A program made the translations under genes and the position numbers. Under the pieces are notes generated by a model. The model saw only the letters and a program-made list of their open reading frames with translations, searched no databases and was not told where the DNA came from. From Chitinivibrionales bacterium (GTDB taxonomy: Bacteria > Fibrobacterota > Chitinivibrionia > Chitinivibrionales > WJKA01): 64,000 nucleotides of DNA. The stretch's first letter is position 1, and each line of letters opens with the position of its first letter. Below are positions 18,287-28,654 of this stretch, piece after piece. The stretch is taken from positions 61,657 to 125,656 of the forward strand of contig JBBRUX010000004.1 of the NCBI GenBank assembly GCA_038247415.1, given 5' to 3'.

Positions 18287-19138
18287 ATGAACTCCTCTTT
18301 TAGAGTCTGCCTAATCATTCCTCCTGGTTATCAACACGCTGCGTGTTTTCTAGAAACAGCAATCCTTCTAAAACATGCGCTCGCTGATAATGGCTATGCA
18401 TGCGATATAGTTCCCAATGAATTCTCCCGAGAACGCATCAATATAGTCTTAGGCGTGCACCTCTTGCTATCGGGCGAGCATCTTAACAATGTGCGCTATA
18501 TTGCCTACCAGCTCGAACAGCTCAGCGAATCCGAAGGCGTGCTCTCTGAAAATCTTCTAAACGTATTGCGAAATGCTACTGCGGTATGGGATTATTCTCA
18601 GGAAAATATCGATTTCTTAAAAAAACAGGGAATTGTTGCAACATTGGTTCCCCCTGGGTATCATGCAGCGCTCGAACAAATAAACCAAGCGACACAGAGC
18701 GATTTCGACTTCCTTTTTTATGGAAGTATTGGACCACGCCGTGCCGCTATCCTCAATGCGATTTCCTTACAAAAACATATTCGGTTAAAAACGGCTTTTG
18801 GGATTTATGGCGCAGAGCGAGACAAACTTATTGGATCCTCAAAGATAATTCTCAATATCCATCACTATTCTGCGCGAATTTTTGAAGCGGTAAGAATAAG
18901 TTACCTGCTTAACAACCGATGTTTTGTGATAGCCGAGGAATCCGCAGTTAATCCGTATCCCCACGTACCCATAGCGTGCGCTCCCTACGAAACGTTCGCA
19001 GCAACATGCATGCGCTATCTAGAGAACCCCAACCAAATCGATGAGCTTCGTTTGGAAGCATATGATTGCTTCAAGAAATTCTATCCGATGACCGAAATCA
19101 TTGCAGCCGCACTAAAAGATTCGAAGATTTCACTCTAG
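18287..19138 (+). CDS. Putative GT-B glycosyltransferase-like protein
   Basis: YQLEQ, VWDYS, DFLFYGSIGPRR, SKIILNIHHY and FEAVRISYLL motifs. Confidence 0.65.
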   Translation: MNSSFRVCLIIPPGYQHAACFLETAILLKHALADNGYACDIVPNEFSRERINIVLGVHLLLSGEHLNNVRYIAYQLEQLSESEGVLSENLLNVLRNATAVWDYSQENIDFLKKQGIVATLVPPGYHAALEQINQATQSDFDFLFYGSIGPRRAAILNAISLQKHIRLKTAFGIYGAERDKLIGSSKIILNIHHYSARIFEAVRISYLLNNRCFVIAEESAVNPYPHVPIACAPYETFAATCMRYLENPNQIDELRLEAYDCFKKFYPMTEIIAAALKDSKISL

Positions 19139-19202
19139 CACATTGAGTGGGATCAATAATGTATTTTTAAACAATTATTCACTTTTTGTTTTAGGCTCTT
19201 GT

Positions 19203-19589
19203 ATGCATTTAATTCCCTTCAAAAAAGTACTTGACTGCTGGATACTCCTGCTCTTTGTTGCCGTACCAATAAATTGGTCTATGCCTTCAAAACAAAACTA
19301 TATACAGTTTCTAGCCGGTTTTGAGATCATTAAAAACGACACACACCAATCTCATGCTCAAATTCGCCAACGTATGGACCAATTAACAACGCTGAGTGGG
19401 GTAACAGCGGCAGAAATGCAGGCTTTTATTGGTACATTTCGCAATAAGCCAGCAGATTGGAAATTGATTCAGGAAAAAGTGCGGCTTTATTTATCCGAAA
19501 CATCTTCCGATACCGCATCATTGCAAAAACAAAATTCGACACAATCGCCTCTTAAAATGAAGATAGTAAGTCCAAAGAAAGGAACCTAA
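19203..19589 (+). CDS. Hypothetical small exported/membrane protein (start uncertain)
   Basis: Hydrophobic N-terminus; ends 1 nt before trxA. Confidence 0.5.
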   Translation: MHLIPFKKVLDCWILLLFVAVPINWSMPSKQNYIQFLAGFEIIKNDTHQSHAQIRQRMDQLTTLSGVTAAEMQAFIGTFRNKPADWKLIQEKVRLYLSETSSDTASLQKQNSTQSPLKMKIVSPKKGT

Positions 19590-19590
19590 C

Positions 19591-19920
19591 ATGTCTGCAG
19601 CTCTTTTTCAATTTACCGATGCTAATTTCGATGCCGAAGCACTCAAGTCAACCGTTCCCGCAATTATCGACTTTTGGGCAGAATGGTGCGGCCCCTGTCG
19701 CATGCTCACTCCCATTATCGAAGAATTAGCAGCGGAATATGGGTCAAAAGTCAAAATCGGAAAACTCAATGTTGATGAAAATCCAGCAGTAGCTTCTCGC
19801 TATGCTGTTTCAAGCATACCAACTATTCTTTTTATTAAAGATGGGAAAATTATGGATCAGCAGGTTGGTCTTTTAGCAAAATCTGGTCTTAAAGCCAAAA
19901 TCGATCAATTACTTAAGTAA
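19591..19920 (+). CDS. trxA: Thioredoxin
   Basis: DFWAEWCGPC active site and SIPT. Confidence 0.97.
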   Translation: MSAALFQFTDANFDAEALKSTVPAIIDFWAEWCGPCRMLTPIIEELAAEYGSKVKIGKLNVDENPAVASRYAVSSIPTILFIKDGKIMDQQVGLLAKSGLKAKIDQLLK

Positions 19921-20064
19921 AAACAGTGGTGCATCGCATTCAGGGTGCACTAGTAATTTTTCCAGAATCGCAAGTATCCTTCTGTGTAAATACAAACACC
20001 ATTTTAGCGATTAAGCATTCTCTATAGGGAAACAATCCGTTACAATTTAGGAATAATTGGCATC

Positions 20065-21210
20065 ATGGTATTATTTCTCGCAGCATTCTTCTGGATTTCT
20101 ATTGGCCTTGTTGCTTATAGCTATCTCATATATCCTCCCCTCATTTCGATCTGCGCCCATCTTTTTGGTTTGGCAATTACAAAAGATAAAGCTATACGCC
20201 CTTCGGTTGCGTTTCTTGTCCCAGTCTACAACGAAGAAAAAGTCCTTCGCAAAAAAATAGAAAACATTCTTTCTCTTAACTATCCTTCCGACAAGCTTTC
20301 CATATGGCTTGGATCAGATAGTTCAACAGATGGCACACATACTATTGTAAAAGAATTCACCGACCCCCGCATTCATCTATGGATCGCTCCTACTCGCGGT
20401 GGTAAAACACAAGTGCTTAATCAAATGGCCCCTATTGTCCCTGCCGAGATTTTAGTGTTTACCGATGCAAATACCATGCATGCACAGGAAAGTCTTAAGT
20501 ACCTTGTTGCCTCATTTGCAGACAATAAAGTTGGTTGCGTTGCTGGCCACATAAACCATCTCGATCCGGGATCAGAAGTGTCTGGCGAGGTAACGTATCG
20601 ATCATTCGAATCCAACCAAAAACGTGCAGAAGGCAGACTAGCCTCTACTATTTCTGCTTATGGAGGTTTTTATGGCATACGTAGGGAATTATTCAAACCG
20701 ATACCCTTCAATGCTTACTCAAACGATGATGTGCTCATCCCCATGAATGTCCTTCGTCAAGGATTTAGAGTGGCTTTTGAATCCCGTGCTATTTCACAAG
20801 AAGATACAACCAACAACCGCTCTGTTGAATTCCGAAGGCGCATTCGCATAGGTGCCGGAAATTTCCAAGCGTTTTTCTGGTTGCTCGATTTTCTTAATCC
20901 CCTTAAAGGATGGGTGTGGTTATCATATTGCTCACACAAAGCAATTCGCTGGTTTTCTCCGATTCTATTGCTGCTTGCTGCGTGCGCCTGCATAGCTCTT
21001 ATCATTACTCGGAGTGGACTCATATATGATGTACTTGGACTCTGTGCCACACTCTTTGTATGCATCGGTATTTCACATACCATTATCCCCCTTCGACTGA
21101 CAAAGGCAATTTTTTATTTTCTTTCCATGAATACCGCCCTTTGCCTTGGCCTTATTCGCTATTGCAAAGGCATTAAATCTGCTGCGTGGTCTACTACCCA
21201 ACGTAGCTAA
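20065..21210 (+). CDS. GT2 family membrane glycosyltransferase
   Basis: VPVYNEE, SDSSTDGT, FTDAN, NDDV and RRRIRIGAG motifs; flanking TM helices. Confidence 0.9.
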   Translation: MVLFLAAFFWISIGLVAYSYLIYPPLISICAHLFGLAITKDKAIRPSVAFLVPVYNEEKVLRKKIENILSLNYPSDKLSIWLGSDSSTDGTHTIVKEFTDPRIHLWIAPTRGGKTQVLNQMAPIVPAEILVFTDANTMHAQESLKYLVASFADNKVGCVAGHINHLDPGSEVSGEVTYRSFESNQKRAEGRLASTISAYGGFYGIRRELFKPIPFNAYSNDDVLIPMNVLRQGFRVAFESRAISQEDTTNNRSVEFRRRIRIGAGNFQAFFWLLDFLNPLKGWVWLSYCSHKAIRWFSPILLLLAACACIALIITRSGLIYDVLGLCATLFVCIGISHTIIPLRLTKAIFYFLSMNTALCLGLIRYCKGIKSAAWSTTQRS

Positions 21211-21237
21211 TATCACCCATTCGATAAGAACCATTCT

Positions 21238-22248
21238 ATGCGCTACCGGACTCTTGGCACAACAGGCATTTCTATTTCGGAGATAGGCTGCGGGACGTGG
21301 GCTCTTGGGGGTCTTTGTTGGGAGGATGGTCGCAGCAGCGGATGGTCGGGGCACATAGACGAACAAGAAATCAAAAAAGCTCTTTACCATGCTCTTGACA
21401 TGGGAGTTAACCATTTTGACACTGCAGATGTTTATGGCAATGGAAAATCAGAACAAATGCTCGGACGCATCTTGTTAACCCGTCCCGAAAATCTTGTCAT
21501 TGCTTCCAAAATAGGATATTTTAAAGGCACTGCTGCCCACGCATACGAACCACACCATATCATGCGTCAATGCGAACAATCGCTTCTCAATCTCAAGCGC
21601 GACCATCTGGATATTTACTATTTCCACCATGCAAACTTTGGACCAGCCGACTGCTATCTCGATGCTGCACTTGAAGCAATGCACACCTTACGCGATCAAG
21701 GAAAAATTAGAGCCATTGGAGTCTCGGCGTATGCAGCGCGAGATTTTATAAGACTTGTTCCGCGTATCAAACCCGATGTCCTCCAAAGTTTTGCTCATTG
21801 TATCGACTATCATTTTATAGCACCCAACTCCCCTGTCATGAATCTCTGTAAACAGCACGGATGCAGCTTTATCGCTATGAGTCCACTTAGTCAAGGAATC
21901 CTTACGGGGAAATACCTCAACTCGCACAATCCCACATTCCCCAGCGGTGACCATCGAGAAAGATCAGAAAAGTTTAAAAATCACAATCTTACCAAAATCA
22001 ATGCTGGAATCAAGGACATGCTCAATCGATTTGGGCCTGATCCAAAAGATCTTATTGCAGCCAGCCTTGGTTTTATCCTTGCTCACAAACATGTGGCAGG
22101 TGTTATTCCCGGGTTTAGAAATCTAACCCAACTAACAACCAATGTAGCGGCGGCTCAGTTTTCTTGCAATGGAGAAGATCTGGCATTTATTCGCAAAGCA
22201 TTTTTAGACAACGACCAATCCGCGGCTATTCCTGAGTCGAGCAAATAA
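21238..22248 (+). CDS. Aldo/keto reductase
   Basis: ISEIGCGTW, FDTADVYGNGKSE, SLLNLKRDHLDIYYFH and GKIRAIGVS motifs. Confidence 0.93.
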   Translation: MRYRTLGTTGISISEIGCGTWALGGLCWEDGRSSGWSGHIDEQEIKKALYHALDMGVNHFDTADVYGNGKSEQMLGRILLTRPENLVIASKIGYFKGTAAHAYEPHHIMRQCEQSLLNLKRDHLDIYYFHHANFGPADCYLDAALEAMHTLRDQGKIRAIGVSAYAARDFIRLVPRIKPDVLQSFAHCIDYHFIAPNSPVMNLCKQHGCSFIAMSPLSQGILTGKYLNSHNPTFPSGDHRERSEKFKNHNLTKINAGIKDMLNRFGPDPKDLIAASLGFILAHKHVAGVIPGFRNLTQLTTNVAAAQFSCNGEDLAFIRKAFLDNDQSAAIPESSK

Positions 22249-22362
22249 AACTCATTTAACGATGCTATAACATCCCGAATGTTTTCTAATTATTTTTGTA
22301 GAGAGAGAGCTTTTGGCACTAAGAGTAAAAAAACTTTTTAAATCCTTCGAAAGGATCACCTC

Positions 22363-22620
22363 ATGATCAATAAAGAACTTCTCGAAATCCTTTGCTGTCC
22401 CGAAACAAAACAAGATGTAACCATTGCAGACAACATCCTGATTGCTGCAATTAACAAGGCTATTTACGCGCAAGAATTATCAACGCGAGGCGGAACGCTT
22501 ATTAAAGAAAAAATCGATGCAGGACTGCTGCGCGAAGATAAAAAATATTTATACCCAATACGATCCGATATTCCTGTTATGCTTATCGACGAAGGAATTC
22601 CCTGTGAGAAATTTCTTTAA
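22363..22620 (+). CDS. Trm112-like protein
   Basis: ELLEILCCPETKQ...YPIRSDIPVMLIDE. Confidence 0.85.
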   Translation: MINKELLEILCCPETKQDVTIADNILIAAINKAIYAQELSTRGGTLIKEKIDAGLLREDKKYLYPIRSDIPVMLIDEGIPCEKFL

Positions 22621-22673
22621 ACTTTATTGAGCATCAAGCAATGGCTTACGAGCTCTAAACTAGTTAAAACACC

Positions 22674-23912
22674 ATGCTTTTTTTCGCAGATTTGCACATT
22701 CATTCCCCCTATTCAAGAGCAACTTCAAAAGCGCTCCATCTGCAAAATCTTTATTGGTATGGGAAATTAAAGGGACTCTCAATTATTGGCACCGGCGATT
22801 GTACCCATCCAATCTGGCGAAGCATTATTGCAGAGCAGCTCACAGAAGATGGAGATGGTCTACTTTCTTTAAAAAAAGGCTGCCTACCCACAGAGGCTCT
22901 CTGGAATAAGCCAAACACGTCCAAAGATATGCGCTTCATGCTTACCGGGGAAATTAGCACCATTTACAAATGGAACAATAAAACCCGCAAAGTGCATCAT
23001 GTGGTATGTCTTCCGAGTTTACGTGCCAACGAACAATTTTCCAAAAAGCTTGCCACCATTGGAAATATCCACTCAGACGGCAGACCTATCCTGGGTATTG
23101 ACTCACGCAATCTTCTCGAAATACTCCTCGAAGTATCGCCCGATGCGGTGCTCATTCCAGCACATATCTGGACCCCTTGGTTTTCGGTACTCGGATCAAA
23201 ATCTGGTTTCGACTCTATTGACGAATGCTATCGGGATCTTTCGAGTCATATTTTTTCTGTCGAAACCGGGCTTTCGTCTGATCCACCCATGAACAGGCGC
23301 GTTTCTCAACTCGATAGATTTACCCTTGTTTCCAATTCCGATGCCCATTCTCCGGGAAACCTCGGGCGCGAAGCAAATATCTTTTCGTGCGATCAAGGCT
23401 ACAATCCAATAATGAAGGCATTGCGCACGGGAAGTGGCTTCGACGGCACACTCGAATTTTTCCCCGAAGAAGGCAAATACCACCACGATGGCCACAGAGC
23501 GTGCAACATTTGCTTTTCACCACAAGAAAGCATTTCCCACAAAGGGATATGCCCTGTTTGCAGATCGCCTCTCACACTCGGAGTAGCCTATCGCGTCGAG
23601 CAGCTTGCCGATCGCGCAATGGGAACAAATTCCCCACGTGGTCAAACATTTCGTCATGTCTATGCTCTCGATTCTACAATCGCCCAAATAGTTGGTGTTG
23701 GTGTAGCGTCAAAAAAAGTGCAGAAAGAATATTTCAGACTGATTAACCTCTTAGGCTCAGAGCTGTACATTTTGCTTTCTGCACCCCTTGCCTCTATTGC
23801 AGCTGCTAGTACAGATACTCTGGCATTTGCTATCGATCGCATGCGTAAAGGGATTGTTTCCACAAGCCCTGGCTATGACGGTGAATACGGGAGCATCTCT
23901 CTCTTACCATGA
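22674..23912 (+). CDS. Endonuclease Q-like PHP-domain protein (TIGR00375-like), stand-alone
   Basis: ADLHIHSPYSRAT, GTGDCTHP, PAHIWTPWFS, ETGLSSD, NSDAHSP, GKYH..C..C/CPVC zinc motif and PGYDGEYG. Confidence 0.88.
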   Translation: MLFFADLHIHSPYSRATSKALHLQNLYWYGKLKGLSIIGTGDCTHPIWRSIIAEQLTEDGDGLLSLKKGCLPTEALWNKPNTSKDMRFMLTGEISTIYKWNNKTRKVHHVVCLPSLRANEQFSKKLATIGNIHSDGRPILGIDSRNLLEILLEVSPDAVLIPAHIWTPWFSVLGSKSGFDSIDECYRDLSSHIFSVETGLSSDPPMNRRVSQLDRFTLVSNSDAHSPGNLGREANIFSCDQGYNPIMKALRTGSGFDGTLEFFPEEGKYHHDGHRACNICFSPQESISHKGICPVCRSPLTLGVAYRVEQLADRAMGTNSPRGQTFRHVYALDSTIAQIVGVGVASKKVQKEYFRLINLLGSELYILLSAPLASIAAASTDTLAFAIDRMRKGIVSTSPGYDGEYGSISLLP

Positions 23913-24053
23913 TTACAGCCATCGTTGTAGATCGCTTCAAAGCATTTCTATTGCCTGCCAACAATAGGTTTTGGCGTTAGCTATTTTTTAGATGTATAAT
24001 TGATTCAATTGCCAGGATAGTTTTAGACATTGAAATATCACGTTGGAGATACC

Positions 24054-25058
24054 ATGACCGCCTCGATGCAAAATCGTCTTATCGCCTATGGCACCCTTGT
24101 TATTTTGCTTGCGGTAATCATTGGAACCCATCTTTTATGGCTCTGTGTATTCTTGCTTTTTTTATATCTCTTTACCGATGTATTTATTTCAACGGTACGC
24201 AAAATCATACCACAAATCTCAGCACGTTTTGCATTATGGATTTTTTATATTTTGCTTGTATCATTCATGACATTTCTTGGAATTAGGGTAGTCCCTCTCT
24301 TTTTTTCAGATTTTCCTGAGTATTATGCGCTTGTCATCCGCGATGGTGCTATCTTTCTCAATTCACTCTCCGAACGCTATGGACAAACAATCGATTTTAC
24401 GGCGTTGTCAAATATCCTCTTTGCGCACAAGAATGCATCCATTAGTGTTGTTGTCATGATAATCAACAAAGTTTCCAAAGGATTCATTTATTTTCTCTTT
24501 GCTGTAATCCTTAATTTTCTTATCATTTCGGAACGTGATAGAATCATGCAGGTTTTTGCCGAGCGCAAAGACTCTATTCTTGCCTATGTTTCTAACTTTC
24601 TAACGAGCCGTATTATCCATTTTTATCGCTATTTTAAATCTGTTATGGGTGGGCAAGTTGTCATCTCGCTCATCAACACAGCAATCACCTTTGTAATTAT
24701 CATGATACTCGGACTTCCGCATAAAATCAGCCTTGTAACAATTGTCTTTTTGTGCGGATTGCTCCCTGTGGTTGGAAATCTGATATCAAATACCATACTT
24801 GCTATTACTGCACTTGTTTCAACTGGTTTTGTTGCGCTTGTTATTTGTTTAAGCTTGCTGATTGTCATTCACAAGCTCGAATATTTCCTCAACAGCCGCA
24901 TAATAGGCTCGATTGTTCGCTTGCCCATGGCGCTAACGCTTATCGCCCTGCTCACCGGAGAAGCTCTCTTGGGCATTTACGGAATGATTATCGCTGTGCC
25001 AGTATTTTTGATAGTGCGGGATGAGCTTGCGTCATTGCGGATTAAGAAAGATATCTGA
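24054..25058 (+). CDS. AI-2E (PerM-like) family membrane transporter
   Basis: Multi-TM protein with GQVVISLINT, LLPVVGN and GIYGMIIAVP motifs; GGAG RBS before ATG 24054. Confidence 0.85.
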   Translation: MTASMQNRLIAYGTLVILLAVIIGTHLLWLCVFLLFLYLFTDVFISTVRKIIPQISARFALWIFYILLVSFMTFLGIRVVPLFFSDFPEYYALVIRDGAIFLNSLSERYGQTIDFTALSNILFAHKNASISVVVMIINKVSKGFIYFLFAVILNFLIISERDRIMQVFAERKDSILAYVSNFLTSRIIHFYRYFKSVMGGQVVISLINTAITFVIIMILGLPHKISLVTIVFLCGLLPVVGNLISNTILAITALVSTGFVALVICLSLLIVIHKLEYFLNSRIIGSIVRLPMALTLIALLTGEALLGIYGMIIAVPVFLIVRDELASLRIKKDI

Positions 25059-25182
25059 AATTTCGTTGCACTCGCGGGCAAAATCCATGGGTCAAGCTTT
25101 GCCCATCACTCTCATGTGATATTCCCCACCAAGAAGAGAAAATTTGGGGAAAGCTCTGCGCTTCCCCCGCAAAGACATGATA

Positions 25183-25707
25183 CTACTTCTTTTTATCCAA
25201 CACTTTATTCCACTCAGCAATTTCCTTCTTCATTTTTTCTAAAAGTGGCTTTGTGTCACCCTCTACTTCAACAACATCTATTCGGTCTTTATTAATAATG
25301 CTATTGACAACTGCCATATCTTTATCGCTTTCAACTTCACCAAATACCGTATGCTTTCCGTCCAGCCAATCTGTCGGTACGTGGGTGATAAAAAATTGAC
25401 TACCATTAGTACCTGGCCCCGCGTTTGCCATCGAGAGTATCCCAGGCTTATCATGACGTAATTCCTTAACGATTTCGTCTTTGAATTTATACCCAGGCCC
25501 ACCGGTTCCATTACCCTTTGGACATCCTCCTTGAACCATGAATTCTTCTATAACTCTATGAAAAGAGAGATTATTGTAAAATCCTCGCTCAATGAGGTTA
25601 ACAAAATTTGCAACGGTAAGAGGTGTTTGCTCTGAAAACAGCTTAAGCCGGATCGAGCCTTTTTCTGTTTTGATAATTGCCACAAGATCGTTTTCATTTT
25701 TAGTCAT
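25183..25707 (-). CDS. Cyclophilin-type peptidyl-prolyl isomerase
   Basis: [28 protein letters not shown] and [10 protein letters not shown] motifs. Confidence 0.96.
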   Translation of the reverse strand: MTKNENDLVAIIKTEKGSIRLKLFSEQTPLTVANFVNLIERGFYNNLSFHRVIEEFMVQGGCPKGNGTGGPGYKFKDEIVKELRHDKPGILSMANAGPGTNGSQFFITHVPTDWLDGKHTVFGEVESDKDMAVVNSIINKDRIDVVEVEGDTKPLLEKMKKEIAEWNKVLDKKK

Positions 25708-25787
25708 GATGATAAAGCTTTCTAAAATGAGGTGTTTTAATCGAGCAACAATACAACGCCGTTAAGCGAGCGTGTTGATTTTACCTA

Positions 25788-26177
25788 TCAAAAATAATTA
25801 TGATTTGATGATATACCAAGGAATTTGTAGGTCAAAGCCTCACGGAGCTGCACATGTATTGGCCCATCAAACTTTTTTTCTGTAAATGAATCGCCGATGT
25901 CGTCTTTATACTCGATAATTTCTATCACGGCACCAGGAAAATATTTCTGGGGTTTTTGGCAGAAAAATAAAAGTCCTGAATTAATTGGCCTGAGCATCTT
26001 CTCAGGGCCTCTAGCAATCTGCATTTGTCGGCAAAGGTCTTCCATGGGCAGCGTATGAGCGGTCTGGTAAAGCGTGCTACCGGTTTGTTGCAAAAAGGAA
26101 CGAATCAGCCCCATATCAATATCATCGAGCGATGCGTTTTGATTAATACGGTCATCAAAAGGGATTCTGGCTGCCAA
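25788..26177 (-). pseudogene. Internal fragment of an AlbA_2/ATP-binding (RecG-C-like) protein gene
   Basis: IPFDDRIN.ASLDDID...P.N.GLLFF..P..YFPGA.IEI...F.EK.F.GP matches the mid-region of this family; both ends are missing. Confidence 0.7.
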
Positions 26178-26330
26178 GATACTATTCGCGGGGCATACAC
26201 ATCTTTTCCCCCGCCATTCACAATAGCTAGAAATGTGGTATCAACATTACCCGGCTCCCCCACTCCAAGCGCACGCTCAAATGTTCCATTGATAATTATT
26301 ATGTATAATGCGACCAATTAAATATCCCCG

Positions 26331-26353
26331 TGGTATATAAGAATGATATACCA
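26331..26353. promoter_or_regulatory. Palindromic candidate enhancer (UAS) for a sigma-54 activator
   Basis: TGGTATAT-N7-ATATACCA, 104 nt upstream of the -24 box, with an AT-rich spacer. Confidence 0.5.
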
Positions 26354-26456
26354 TAAAACTTCTTTAATAAAATTCACACCCTCTCTTTGTATTTCTAAGT
26401 CGATTAATTATTGTAACTCTTTGTAAAATAAAGATTTAATTAAATAGCTCGCTATT

Positions 26457-26472
26457 TGGCACACCTTTTGCA
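26457..26472 (+). promoter_or_regulatory. Sigma-54 (-24/-12) promoter
   Basis: TGGCAC-ACCTT-TTGCA, an exact TGGCAC-N5-TTGCW match, 63 nt before the ATG at 26536. Confidence 0.85.
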
Positions 26473-26535
26473 TTATCCATCACTAGTTTCTCAGAATTTA
26501 CATGTTTAAACTATCACATATTTTCAGGAGGGGTT

Positions 26536-27492
26536 ATGAAGCTTATTTATGGATTCTCATTTGCTGCTACGGTTATGTGTGCGTCACTGTGCGCAGCAGA
26601 TGCATCAGTTTCAATTAATACAACAACCGACTCGGTAAACCAACAGCAATCAACCGTGATTACGCTAGAAAAAAAGAATGATACTGCCAATAATCTCACA
26701 GAATCCCAAAAAGAAGATTTAGAGGATGCCGCACAAGAAGCTGCACAAGTTTCTCGTGAGGCAGCACATCAATGTCGCATGGTTCAAAAGGATGAGTGCA
26801 TTTCAGAGCGTTCTATGCATAAAAGAGGCCATGCGCTTGGATATAGTGCCCCTTCGATTATCATGCTTAACATGAATGGTATTAAAAACCTCAAGGACAT
26901 GGAATCAACGTTACAAAATAAAGTATTTCCCTTCGAAGAGAATCGGTTTTTTATGCTTGGATTTGGTGGGTACCACGAATCACCCGAAGGCATTCGCGTT
27001 GGTGGAATGTGGTCTGCTGGCTACCGCGCTTTTCAGAGCAAAAAATATACTACCAACGATACTCTGGGGATTCATGACTCCGCAACCATTCTTCGCATCA
27101 TTCCTGTGTATGGCGGACTCACCGTTGACAAGGCAATATATCTTGGACCAACCAGCATTTCTCTTGGGGGTCTCATAGGCGGCGGCGTATATATTGTCAA
27201 TAAAAAGTCCTACGATGTTTCTGGTGGAGATATTTTTACTCACGTCAATGTGGACACATCCACAAGCGATTCATCAAACTCTCAAGAATCAATTGATTTT
27301 GCGTTTGCACCATTTTTAGCACTCGAAGCACATACTTCTGTGACTATTGAGCTTGCACCGCTTTTTCAAACTGCTCTGGAAGGCTTTGTCCTGGCAACTT
27401 ATTCTCCCGAAGGGTATGGCCCAGCAACAGGGGATTTTTGGAGTGTCAGCCCTGGCATAAGAATCCGTCTTATTTTTGGAAAAGCAAACTAA
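26536..27492 (+). CDS. Secreted Gly-rich beta-barrel-like protein, paralog 1
   Basis: Signal peptide and AGGAGG RBS; amphipathic strands; GFGGY...GIRVGG, GGLTVDKA and SPGIRIRLIFG shared with paralogs. Confidence 0.7.
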   Translation: MKLIYGFSFAATVMCASLCAADASVSINTTTDSVNQQQSTVITLEKKNDTANNLTESQKEDLEDAAQEAAQVSREAAHQCRMVQKDECISERSMHKRGHALGYSAPSIIMLNMNGIKNLKDMESTLQNKVFPFEENRFFMLGFGGYHESPEGIRVGGMWSAGYRAFQSKKYTTNDTLGIHDSATILRIIPVYGGLTVDKAIYLGPTSISLGGLIGGGVYIVNKKSYDVSGGDIFTHVNVDTSTSDSSNSQESIDFAFAPFLALEAHTSVTIELAPLFQTALEGFVLATYSPEGYGPATGDFWSVSPGIRIRLIFGKAN

Positions 27493-27528
27493 ATTCTTAA
27501 AGCACGTAAAATTTACTAAGGAGCAATT

Positions 27529-28518
27529 ATGAACACCCTCTCTGTTTTATCATGTGCAGCTCTTTTGTGCACAACGCCTTATGCTTTTGCACAAACTCTG
27601 CAAAGCGTTTCAGATAGCGCACAACAATCGGTAACTACAGTGCAATCGAGTGCACTACCAGCCGAAAAAACCGATACAAACGCGATTTTGTCCGATACTG
27701 TTATGAAAATTACCGCGACCCATCAAAATGGCGGGTGCATGCATGAAAAGACAAGCTTTCGAGTCAACCGTGACGGTACTTGCATTATCAAAGAAACCAA
27801 GGACACCGTTTACACAATAAAGCAACCCGATCCAGAAACAGTATCAAAATCTTTTCGTCAAAGGCTAAACGACCTACGCGTTCGCGGCTTTGGTGGTGGC
27901 GGCGGACCGGTCTGGGATGTTTACGCAATTAATATCGCGCCGGTGGTAACATTGCTTAAAGCTGACAAAGCTCTTTCATCCCGCGATTTTGGTTTTAACA
28001 ACTTTAACGAAGAACCATTCATTATGAAGGGCGGTATGGGATTTGGCGGACTTGGGAATGGACTGCGGCTTGGTGGTATTGGCCTTTCGGGGGAACGAAA
28101 AATTGTGAGCGATCATTTTTCTGGAGACTCTGCCATTTTACTTACGGTAAAAGTTAACACAGGCGGATTTCTCATAGAAAAAGCAATGGTTCACGATCGA
28201 ATGAACTACGTTGCCGGTGGGTATATTGGAGGGGGCTCTATGCAAGCGAGCGTACAAACTATTTCGGGCAAAATTTCAAGCTTTACTCGAGACAGCGATA
28301 CTCCATCAAAAGAAAACCCACAGCCAAGCACAGCGTCCTTTGCCTCCCTGGAATTACATGGCGCAGTTACATACACCCTCTATGCATTCATGCATGTTGG
28401 CCTCGGCTTAAGCATGCCAGTGTTCATCTCGACAAATGGCTTTGAAACGTATCCCTCACAATTTGTAACAGTAAACCCCGGGCTTCAGCTTAAAGTGATT
28501 TTTGGGAATCTTGGATAA
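27529..28518 (+). CDS. Secreted Gly-rich beta-barrel-like protein, paralog 2
   Basis: Signal peptide (AFA); RGFGGGGG, GGMGFGGLGNGLRLGGIG, GGFLIEKA and NPGLQLKVIFGN. Confidence 0.75.
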   Translation: MNTLSVLSCAALLCTTPYAFAQTLQSVSDSAQQSVTTVQSSALPAEKTDTNAILSDTVMKITATHQNGGCMHEKTSFRVNRDGTCIIKETKDTVYTIKQPDPETVSKSFRQRLNDLRVRGFGGGGGPVWDVYAINIAPVVTLLKADKALSSRDFGFNNFNEEPFIMKGGMGFGGLGNGLRLGGIGLSGERKIVSDHFSGDSAILLTVKVNTGGFLIEKAMVHDRMNYVAGGYIGGGSMQASVQTISGKISSFTRDSDTPSKENPQPSTASFASLELHGAVTYTLYAFMHVGLGLSMPVFISTNGFETYPSQFVTVNPGLQLKVIFGNLG

Positions 28519-28524
28519 TCTCAC

Positions 28525-28559
28525 ATGCAGGGTATACGAAGACCCTGCATCATTCTTTG
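28525..28559 (+). terminator. Intra-operon hairpin (terminator or mRNA stabiliser)
   Basis: ATGCAGGGT-N8-ACCCTGCAT followed by a weak T-rich tail. Confidence 0.45.
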
Positions 28560-28654
28560 ACATGCAAAACGACCAACAATTCCACGAGGTTGATAACACA
28601 ACGTATTTTTATTGTTACATTATTTTTTTTACTAACTCTTTTGAGGATTTCCGC

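Noticed and set aside
25060..25180. Hairpins GGGCAAA..TTTGCCC and GGGGAAAGC..GCTTCCCC as an ncRNA
   Set aside because: They are adequately explained as terminators between convergent genes
26285..26318. dif-like sequence (reverse complement TGGTCGCATTA-TACATA-ATAATTATCAA)
   Set aside because: The XerC-like arm is partial, and the XerD arm does not match TTATGTTAAAT, normally the conserved half
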